Shown here one piece after another: positions 11,492 through 20,000 of a stretch of DNA of 20,000 bases. Source of the DNA: Chiloscyllium plagiosum. Taxonomy: Eukaryota. The stretch lies in NCBI RefSeq assembly GCF_004010195.1, contig NC_057756.1, forward strand, positions 1,149,449 through 1,169,448, written 5' to 3'. Within the stretch, counting starts at the first letter, position 1, and every line of letters begins with the position of its first letter. The notes under the pieces are model-generated. The model was not told where the DNA came from, ran no database searches, and saw nothing but the letters and a program-made list of their open reading frames with translations. The position numbers and the translations under genes are program-made.

Positions 11492-11850
11492 TCACCTGTA
11501 GTGTAACATGAACGCAAGGTCCCAGCTGAGGCCATTCCCATGGGTACCAAACTTGGCTCGGCTACTTTGCATTGTTGCCTATCCCGAATTCCGAAGTCCG
11601 CCTTGGAGGATAGTCACCTGAAGTTCCGAGGTCAAATGTCCCAGACCACTGAAGTGTTCACTGACTGGGAGGCAACACTCCTGTCTGTTGATTGTTGTGT
11701 GGTGTCCATTCATCCATTGCCAGAGCCTCTGCTCGGTCTCCCCAATGTACCGTGCCTCAGGGCATCCTTATCTGTAGCGTATGAGATAGACAATGTTGGC
11801 CGAGTCACGTGAATACCTGCCACATACATGGTGGGAGGTGTCCCCACTAT
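11492..11850 (-). pseudogene. PLE GIY-YIG endonuclease domain, disrupted
   Basis: SGDTSHHVCGRYSRDSANIVYLIRYR*GCPEARYIGETEQRLWQWMNGHHTTINRQECCLPVSEHFSGLGH...VTILQGGLR, then a frameshift, then AKFGTHGNGLSWDLAFMLHYR*. Shows the NxVY...YIGET signature. Confidence 0.93.
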
Positions 11851-11857
11851 TGGTAGT

Positions 11858-12147
11858 AGTGGTTAGCACTGCTGCCTCACAGCGCCAGAGACCCGGGTTC
11901 AATTCCCGCCTTAGGCGACTGACTGTGTGGAGTTTGCACGTTCTCCCCGTGTCTGCGTGGGTTTCCTCCGGGTGCTCCGGTTTCCTCCCACAGTCCAAAG
12001 ATGTGCAGGGTCAGGTGAATTGGCCATGCTAAATTGCCCGTAGTGTTAGGTACGGGTAAATGTAGGGGTATGGGTGGGTTGCGCTTCGGCGGTGGACTTG
12101 TTGGGCCGAAGGGCCTGTTTCCACACTGTAATGTAATCTGTAATCTA
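11858..12147 (+). mobile_element. HE1-type tRNA-derived V-SINE, slightly 5'-truncated
   Basis: Partial A box agtggttag; B box gggttcaattccc (11895-11907); V-domain tgtgtggagtttgcacgttctccccgtgtctgcgtgggtttcctccgggtgctccggtttcctcccaca; CR1-like tail gggccgaagggcctgtttccacactgta plus (taatct)n. Confidence 0.93.
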
Positions 12148-13723
12148 CACTGAACTAGGCTGATAAGTGGAACTTTAAAAAAGTTCTGGGATTTACGTGT
12201 GAAAGAACTGAAACCAACGTGGTCATTCTAAAAGATGAGAGACTTCACAAACAATCCAGGTCTTTCTCTATAAATTTCAGTTACATCACACTGTAAACAT
12301 TTGCTTTAAATTCAATGTCTTATGATCTTATACTTCACAACCACTTGATGAAAGAACAGTGCTCCAAAAGCTAGTGATTCCAAATAAACCTGTTGGACTA
12401 AAACCAGGTGTTGTGATTTTAACTTTGTACACCCCAGTCCAACACTGGCATCTCCAAATCTGGAAAACCATAGATTGATCAGACAGTCAACGTGGCTTTG
12501 TGAGGGGCAGATCATGCCTCACAAACCTTGTTGAATTCTTTGAGGATTTGAAAAAACAAATTGATGAAGGTCGAGCAGTGGAGATGGTGTACATGGATTT
12601 TAGCAAGGTGTTTGATAAGGTTCCCCATGGTAGGCTCATTCAGAAAGTAAGGAAGCCTGTTTGGGTGGATACAGGATTGGCTGGCCAATAGAAGACAGTG
12701 AGTAGTGATAGGTAGAAAGTGTTCGGCCTGGAGTTTGGTGATCAGTGGTGTTCCGTAGGGATCGATTCTGGGACCTCTGTTCTTTGTGATTTTTATGAAT
12801 GATTTGGATGAGGAAGTGGAAGAGTGGATTAGTAAGTTTGCAGATGACACGAATGTTGACGGAGTGGTGGATAGTGTGGAGGGCTGTTGTAGGTTGCAAC
12901 GAGGCATTGACAGGATGCAGAACTGCGTTGATAAGTGGCAAATAGAGTTCAACCTGGAAAAGTGTGAAGTGATTCACTTTGGAAGGTTGAATTTGAATGC
13001 AGAGTACAAGGTTAAAGGCAGGATTCTTGGCAGTATGGAGGAACAGAGGGGTCTTGGGGTCAATGTTCATATATCCCTCAAAGTTTCCACCCAGATTGAT
13101 GGGGTTGTTAAGAAGGTGTATGGTGTATTGGCCTTCATTAGCAAGGGAATTGAGTTTAAGAGCCTCGAGGTTATGCTGAGCCCTGGTTAGACCACACTTG
13201 AAATATTGCGTTCAGTTCTGGTTGTCTCATTATAGGAAAGATGTGAAAGCTTTTGAGAGCATGCAGAGGAGATTTACCAGAATGCTGCCTGGACTGGAGA
13301 GCATGTCTTCTAAAGAAATGTTGAGGGAGCTCGGGCTTTGCTCATTGTAGCGAAGAAGGATGAGAGATGACTTGATAGAGGTGTATAAGATGTTGAGAGG
13401 CATAGATAGAGTGGATAGTCAGAGATGTTTTCCCATGGTGGAAATGTCTGTCACAATGGCATAATTTTAAGGTGGTTGGAAGAAGGTTTCAGGGCGATGT
13501 CAGAGATAGGTTCTTTACTCAGAGAGTGATGGGGCGAGGAATGCGCTGCCAGCAGTGGTAGTAAGTCAGATACACCAAGGACATTTAAGCGAGTCTTGGA
13601 TAGCACTTGAAGGTTAGTACAATGAGGAGTATGTTGGAGAGTCTGATCTTACTTTAAGATAAAAGGTCAGCACATCATCAAGGGCTGAAGGGCCTGTAAT
13701 GTGCTGAATTGTTCTATGTTATA

Positions 13724-14082
13724 AAACCATGTTGACTATCATCAATCAACCATTGCCCCTCCAAATGCATCTAAATCCAATCTTTCAGAATCACCTCCAA
13801 CAGTTTACCCACCACCAATGTCAGACTCACAGGTCAATAGTTTCCAAACTTCTCCTTATAACCTTTCTTAAAGCATGCCACATTAGCTACCCTCCAGTCC
13901 TCTGGTATTTCACCTGTGTTTCTGGATGATACAGATATTTCTGCTTGGGGGGGCCCATAATTTCCTCCCTAAATTCCCTAGGAAACACTTGGTCAGGTCC
14001 TGGAGGTTTATCTACCTTTATGTTTTCTAAGACCTCCAGCACTTCCTCTTCTGTGTTTGAACAACTTCTTGGCAAAATCATA
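13724..14082 (-). mobile_element. CR1 LINE RT N-terminal fragment (continuation of 8047-8724)
   Basis: aaaccatgttgactatc (DSQHGF on minus) resumes where 8724 stops; also EEEVLEVLENIKVDKPPGPD. Confidence 0.88.
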
Positions 14083-14309
14083 AAACGTCCACCTGTATGA
14101 CTGTGGCATAGGGAATCCGTTCCTCCTCACTGCCTTGATCTGTCATCAGACTTTGTTTTTATTTGATGTTTGTAAGCACACTATCCTCCTCTCGTACCTT
14201 TCCGTTGTCCTCCAACTGGATGTCTGGTCCTAGGGCAGTTACTTGTAGTGTCCTGAAAAGGTTTATCATTGGCCATTGTTTTCCCCTTTACCACATGCTT
14301 TCTCATCTT

Positions 14310-14685
14310 GTTATCTAACTGGAGTAATAATCTAGAGATTCAGGCTAATGTTCTGAGACCATGAATCCAATCCAACTGTGGCTGCTGGTGGAATTTAGAC
14401 TCAATTAATTGTACAACTTTAATATCCATATTAGGTACTGTAAAACTAGTATTAATTGTCAAAAGAACTCATTAGTTCACGAATGTCCTTTGGAGATGGA
14501 AGTCTGCCACCCTTCACAGATCTGGCCTACACTTCATTCCTGATCCAAGAAAATATATACGGTTGATCCTTAACTACCCTTTGAAGTGGCCTAAGTAGAC
14601 ACGGACTTCAAGGGTGAATAGGCATAGTCAACAATTGCTGGCTTTGCCAGCGACACTCAAATCTCATGAACAAAATAAATTTAAA
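14310..14685 (+). mobile_element. Old, diverged elasmobranch SINE-like repeat (tRNA-type head, LINE-like tail)
   Basis: Recognised blocks ggtggaattt, gttcacgaatgtccttt..gaagtctgcc, tctggcctaca and tgctggctttgccagcgacactcaaatctcatgaacaaaataaa. Family name not assigned. Confidence 0.7.
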
Positions 14686-15073
14686 GACAGAACATTGGTT
14701 TATGCATGTATGCAGCCAACAAGTCCTTTGACCATCCTCTGTCTCAAAGTTGTCAGGCAAAAGATGAGAGTGAAGGTAATAAATCGAACATGTTCTGTCA
14801 TCAGACAGTTCCTTCTTCAACATTGAAAACTGGATGAGCAAGCATTTCTTCCATGCCAATATTGGGATGGTCAAAGCCATTAATTACCTCTCGTCACATG
14901 TGCTCTTCCTTTCCCTCGCCTGATGATAAATGAGACTGTTCAAAGCCTTGATATCCACTTATTTTTCCTGTGGGCTTATGAAATAACATCAGAAACATAG
15001 TTTGACCACAAGGTGAGTTTCAGAATACATGTCTATGCCATAACAAAGACTGCCTGTTTTTTATCTCTGTAAC

Positions 15074-15296
15074 TTGGAGGTAGTGAGGACTGGACATGCT
15101 GGAAAGTCAGAGTCAATAATGCATGGAGTTGAAAAAAAACACAGCAGGTGAAGCAGTGTCAGAGGAGCAGGAGAGTCAATGTTTCAGGTCGGGATCCTTC
15201 AGATGAAGGGTCCAGACTCAAAAGATTGACGGTCCTGCTTGTCTGATGCTGCTTGATCTGCTGTGTTTTTTCCAGGTCCACACTTTATCTAGTTTA
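15074..15296. mobile_element. 223-bp non-coding palindromic mini-PLE (family 3)
   Basis: Perfect 11-bp TSD atctctgtaac (15063-15073, 15297-15307). Inverted arms ~15124-15201 and 15204-15280 meet at ccttca-ga-tgaagg, inside the hammerhead CTGATGA. Extra ~50-bp tail on the left only. Confidence 0.85.
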
Positions 15297-15834
15297 ATCT
15301 CTGTAACACAGTTGACTCTGCTGGCAGCTCACCTTTCAGTCATCACACTCCACTGCAGACCATTTGGTGCTCCTCCATGCCCTCATGATTAGATCCATTG
15401 GCTTTCCCGTGTCTACTGCTCCTCTCCCTGTCTGTATTGATGGGAAAGGTGAAGTTTTGGAAGTGGTGGTGGATTCTTTTTGCCTATTTGCCGGTTTGGG
15501 CAGTCATCTAATCCCTCATAATGACGGCATCATTCCAACCTTTTACCCCATTGGACGGGGCTGTGAAAGCAAATAAGTCCCCCTTTTATAGAGAACCTTT
15601 CACAACCTCGGGTGCCCCGTGTGAGTTTCAAGCTAGTGAGTCCTATTGAAATATAGTCACAATTATAAATGGGCACCGTTTGAGGTACAGCACCATCACA
15701 CCGTGCAGTAACAACGAGATCATCTGTCTTTTTTTATTCTAAACTGAATGTGCGGGCAGATGCAGCGACATGGGTAGCTTAACCCTAGTACTAATCAAAC
15801 TGCAAACTTGTCTTCACTGTTCTTCCAATATCAG

Positions 15835-15942
15835 CACCAGAATCTATTGTATCAAAGTGAGAAAGCAACTACTGCCTCGGTTTCATGCCTCAACCAGAAA
15901 GACAGCATTGAGGCAGCATTGAGGAGAGAGTATGAAGCAAAG
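15835..15942 (+). other. Candidate coding exon of an unidentified host gene
   Basis: ctaat branch-like motif, pyrimidine tract and CAG acceptor; 108 nt open frame HQNLLYQSEKATTASVSCLNQKDSIEAALRREYEAK; weak donor AAG|gttatc. Confidence 0.25.
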
Positions 15943-16016
15943 GTTATCCACTCGTGGAGTTCAGTTAGCAAAATTTTGATTAAAGGAAGAGTGCACATGT
16001 CATGTACAGCAGTGTG

Positions 16017-16272
16017 AGAACATAAGTAACAGGAGCAAGAATGAGTCCCATGGCCCCTTGAGCCTGCTCGGCTCTTCAATAAGGTCAGGACTGATCTGAC
16101 TGTGGTTTTAACGCCATTCTCCAAAGTGCCCTCTGCCTCCATAATCCTTGATGCCCTTCTTGACCAAAAACTTATCCAATTCAGCCTGTAGTGTTTTCCC
16201 AGTCTCCACTTGCTTTCTGGTTTCATGAATTCCAAAGAAGGATGACCCTCTGTGAGAAAAAGTTTCTCCATC
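16017..16272 (-). mobile_element. Old CR1 3' end
   Basis: agaacataag..aggagca...ccccttgagcctgctc 3' UTR signature; minus strand reads LQAELDKFLVKKGIKDYG. Confidence 0.8.
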
Positions 16273-16504
16273 TTTCATGGATATTCCCTCATGAGAGAAG
16301 CAGGTGTCCAACCTGTGAAAACCATTCAGGATTGTACAGAGATGTTTTACGAACCTGTTTGAGATGTTATCCCATACCTCTTGTATAAAGGTAACATTCC
16401 ATGGTGCCTGCATTCTGAGGTTTTGTGATACTGCATTGAAGAGTCTAATGACAGAACATACTCAATTTGTTACCTTCAAACATCTTTTGCCTGCATTTGT
16501 CCAG

Positions 16505-16610
16505 GTTGGTGACCAGATCAAAGTCTTCCTGTTGGAGTCGTTTTCACTGGGCATTTTGCGGCAGCCGACAGCATTGACAGGAGGAGAATGCACTGACAGG
16601 AATCCGGTTG
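16505..16610 (+). other. Candidate exon, in frame with 15835-15942
   Basis: Acceptor catcttttgcctgcatttgtccag and donor TTG|gtatgt; reads VGDQIKVFLLESFSLGILRQPTALTGGECTDRNPV. Confidence 0.2.
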
Positions 16611-16872
16611 GTATGTACCCTCATCACTCTGCAGCATTCTGAACCAGCCTTATGTCGTTGTCCCTTCAAGAATTGTTCTGGATGTTCATTGACTGTTTCT
16701 ACTTCACATTTCGTCTCTTATAGCTGTAATCTGTTGATTGATAATGGAAGGAAATGCAGAATATAGAGATTGCTGCACAGGTTTCAGAAAGACACCCACG
16801 CAGACACTGACATGTGCGCACATTTAGATACGCACATGTACACAAATGTACCCATGGTATGGGCGACATAGG

Positions 16873-17171
16873 CATACAGATACAAATATACAAATTAGGA
16901 GCAGAGGTAAACCATTCAGCTCTTCAAACCTACACCGCCATTCAATGGGATATCTCTTAGATTGCCTATTTTGTTTATGTTTTGAATTCCCATCCGCCCC
17001 TACAAACTTAGATTCTTGTTATGCAAGAGAATTAATCCATTCTACTTTAAAAATACTCACTGACTGTGCCAGCTCCTGTGGCAGTGTTCTGAATCCCAGC
17101 GATCCTCTGAATCAGCTAAAATTCTCCTCATCTCTGTCCTAAAAGGGTATCCCCTATTTTCTAACAATGCC
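16873..17171 (-). mobile_element. Old CR1 3' end
   Basis: ttaggagcagaggtaaaccattcagc...ccgccattcaat and aaattctcctcatctctgtcctaaaaggg signatures. Confidence 0.75.
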
Positions 17172-17432
17172 TGTGTTGGGTTGGCAGATTTTGTTTGTGT
17201 TCAGTTCGTTTCTTCGCAGCAATCTTTGCCATTTAAAAAAAAATTCCTTTCAGAGTTGGTTTCAATTGACTCTTGTTTTAAATTAAAATTAAAAAAAACT
17301 TACATTTATTTGTCCCCTTAAACTTCAGTTAGATTTCCCCTGACATGCTCGAAGTAGCAACTTGTATCAATTATTTAAACAGTCCGAATTTCAGAAACGA
17401 TTCTGTCCGAGGGTGGTGGTTTTAAACATTGT

Positions 17433-17496
17433 GTTTATATTTGAGATGTAAATAATCACATCCAGTTTATATTTAAGATGTAAATAATCACATCCA
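17433..17496. repeat. 32-bp tandem duplication (2 copies, 1 mismatch)
   Basis: gtttatattt(g/a)agatgtaaataatcacatcca x2. Confidence 0.95.
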
Positions 17497-17684
17497 ATTC
17501 AGGGCTTTCCCATTTTCAAGTACATTGAGCAAGCTTCATATTGTGTTCTTAAAACCTGTTTAAAACACTAAAACAAAAAAAAACCTCTAGCTCTACAAGA
17601 AGCCCATGAGTTAATATTGTCTAAGCATACCTTTGAATTGAGAATCTAAAGTGTAGTCATGTTCAAATCTCACATCTAGCCACC

Positions 17685-19637
17685 CAGAAGTAGTGATAGT
17701 GGGGGATTTCAACTTCCCCAGCATTAACAAGAGTGGTTAAAGTATGAATGGTTTAGAGGGACTTGATTTTTAAATTACATCCAGGAGATTATTTTTTAAG
17801 TGAATAGAAAGTCCTGTAAAAAAATTGAAATTTTGATTTTAACTGTAGGTAGTGAATTAATTGAAATATTAGTTGTTAAATATTTTGCAGACAGTGATCA
17901 TAATTCCATTACTTTCAAGATTGTTATGGAGAAATGATGTTCTAAACTGGGGAAAAGGCGAATTTTAGTAAGGACAGATAAGATTTTCCCATGGTAGACT
18001 GGGTGAAAACACTTTTGGGTAAATCCTTGTCAGAGATATGGGGCACATTTAAGAAGGGAATAGGGGGAGAGTACAGGCCAAACATGTTCCAATAATGATC
18101 AACAAATCGGGTTGGACCCTGGGCGTTGAGAGATATGCAGAACTGCACAAAGAGAAAAAGGGAGACGTGTGGCAGATACTGAGGGCTGAATACAATTGAA
18201 GCCTTTAGCAGAGGAAAGAACATGCAAAAGGGAAGTGATTAAAGGAAATGAGAAGAGCATGGGAGTGGGGGGGGGGGTGCATGGAAGGATAACAGCAAGA
18301 AAAATAAACGAAAATCTTCAATCATTTCACAAGTAGATTAAAATTTAAAGAATAACTAGGGAAAAAGAAGAGCCCGTGAAGGACTACACTGGGAATTTGT
18401 CTGTGAAGCCGGAGGGCGTTGATGAGATTTTGTGTCCCTGCCTGCAATGAGAGGGATGATCTGAGTATAGAAATCAGGGAGAAGGATTGTGATACAATTT
18501 TAAAAATTAACATAGACTGGGTGAGAGAAGGTTCTAATTGGTCTGGAAGGCTTTAAAGTAAACAAATTTCCACCTGTTGGATAAAATTTATCCCAGACTG
18601 TTGAGTGAGACTAGAGATGAAACAGCAGGGGCACTAGCAAAAATGTTCAACTCTTCTCTGTCAGCAGGTAAGTTGCCAGACTAGGGGACAGCCAATGTGG
18701 TACCATTGTTCATGATGGAAGGAAGGGGTAAACCAGGAAACTACAGGCCAGTCAGTCAAACCTCAGCAGTGGGGAAAGTATTGGAAGCAATTCTGACAGA
18801 CAGAATTAGGCTGCACTTGGAGAGATTAATCAAGAGTAGTCAGCATGGTTCTGTTGATAGTAGGTCCTCTCTGACCAACTTGACTGATTCTTTTGAGAAG
18901 GTGACCAGTTTGTAGTTGACAATAATGCATTTGACATGGTTGACTTGGATTTCAGCAAGGCTTTTGATAAGATCCCACATGGGAGTTTGATAGTAAAGGT
19001 TAAGTGCCCACAGGATCCAAGGAAATTTCGCAAATTGGATTCAGAATATTCTGAGTGGCAAGAAGCAGAGAGTGATGGACAGGAATGATTTTGTGACTGG
19101 AAGACAGGGTTCAGTAGAGTTCTGAAGGGATCTGTGTTGGGCCCAGGCTGTTGTGGTATATATAAATAATTTCAACTTCAATGTAGCAGGGTTGATCAGT
19201 AAGTTCATGAATGACATGAAAATTGGTAAGTTTGTAAATAGTCAGATGGATAACCTTGGATTACAGGAGGGTGTAGACAAGTTGGTCAGATGCAAAAGCA
19301 CTTGGGGAGGATAAATAATTCAAGGGATGACATGGTGAGTAGTAGGACCCTGGGGACTAACAAGCCTCAGAGGACTTTGGTGTGTATGTCCATCTTTCCC
19401 TTAAAATAGTAGAAAAGATAAATCAAGTGGTTAAGAAGGCATCTGAGATGTTTCCCTTTATTCGTGGAGACAGAGAGTTTGAGTCAGTAGGTTATGCTGG
19501 AACTGGAAAAACTTTGTTTTGACCACAGCGGTAATATTGTGTTCACTTCTAGAATTCGCATTATAAGATGAATGTGATTGTATAGAGATGGTGCAGAGGA
19601 GTGTTAGCATGTGTTACCTGGGCTAGAAAGTTTTAAT
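17685..19637 (+). mobile_element. Heavily decayed CR1 LINE ORF2 (EN to RT)
   Basis: VVIVGDFNFP, DSDHNSI, GKPGNYRPVS.TS.VGKVLE, SQHGS, LDFSKAFDKIPHG, GSVLGP. Confidence 0.9.
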
Positions 19638-20000
19638 TAGAGTCACAGAGTCATAGAGATGTACAGCATGGAAACAGACCCTTCGGTCCAACCCGTCCAT
19701 GCCGACCAGATATCCCAACCCAATCTAGTCCCATCTGCCAGCACCCGGCCCATATCCCTCCAAACCCTTCCTATTTCTATACCCATCCAAATGCCTCTTA
19801 AATGTTGCAATTGTACCATCCTCCACCACATCCTCTGGCAGCTCATTCCATACATGTATCACCCTCTGCGTGAAAACGTTGCCCCTTAGGTCTCTTTTAT
19901 ATCTTTCCCCTCTCACCCGAAACTTCTGCCTTCTCGTTCTGGACTCCCCGACCCCAGGGAAAAGACTTTGTCTATTTATCCTGTCCATGCCCCTCATAAT
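19638..20000 (-). mobile_element. Relatively young CR1 (HER1-like) 3' end, running off the window
   Basis: Uninterrupted ORF2 C-terminus ...RGNVFTQRVIHVWNELP...FKRHLDGY; 3' UTR gaagggtctgtttccatgctgta plus a (ctctatga)-type tail. Confidence 0.92.

Larger units (their letters stand above)
10614..12460 (-). mobile_element. Truncated Penelope-like element (family 2): minus-strand body 10614-11850 and inverted tailed arm ~12170-12460
   Basis: Perfect 13-bp TSD tggaaaaccatag at 10601-10613 and 12461-12473. Contains a GIY-YIG remnant. The right arm is the reverse complement of the left end once 10818-11024 is removed. Degenerate hammerheads at 10660-10696(-) and 12342-12376(+). Confidence 0.92.
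8725..13723 (+). mobile_element. CR1 LINE from ORF1 esterase to 3' tail, split by a PLE at 10614-12460
   Basis: NTWLQDWCRMKGFRYVDHW..GKLHSN, DVVAITETW, MGDFNFP, GDSDHNSV, ENPEAFYIYVRSKR, RGRSCLTNLVEFFE, MDFSKVFDKVPHG, KFADDT. The 3' end has gaagggcctgt...gttctatgtt. Confidence 0.95.

Noticed and set aside
11858..11912. tRNA gene
   Set aside because: The A/B boxes belong to the SINE head; it is 5'-clipped and runs directly into the V-domain.
12101..12130. SINE tail identical in motif to CR1 3' UTRs (gaagggcctgt) as a novelty
   Set aside because: This is the established HE1 SINE / HER1 LINE tail-sharing relationship in sharks and rays.
17433..17496. CRISPR-like repeat
   Set aside because: Two abutting copies with no spacer in vertebrate-type DNA; a simple tandem duplication.
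747..19997. ORF-track entries as functional genes
   Set aside because: Nearly all are broken pieces or antisense frames of CR1/PLE/SINE sequence; none encodes a complete domain set.

Overview
Eukaryotic, repeat-dense DNA whose repeat families point to a cartilaginous fish (shark/ray); this is inferred from family recognition, not a database hit. About 80% is decayed retroelements: at least eight CR1-type LINE copies (ORF1 SGNH-esterase, APE endonuclease, RT), one HE1/V-SINE, one older SINE, and six Penelope-like element (PLE) insertions from about three families. No intact gene is evident; the listed ORFs are LINE/PLE debris or antisense noise. The main signal is that four PLE insertions (5817-6681, 10614-12460, 10818-11011, 15074-15296) share one design: two copies of the pseudo-LTR carrying a minimal hammerhead ribozyme, joined 5'-to-5' with 3' ends outward, only one arm bearing the terminal tail, and flanked by 9-13 bp direct repeats. 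Two are about 200-bp non-coding hairpins whose junction lies in or next to the ribozyme core. A four-level nested insertion spans 8047-14082. Short non-repeat islands hold weak candidate exons that cannot be assigned to a gene.
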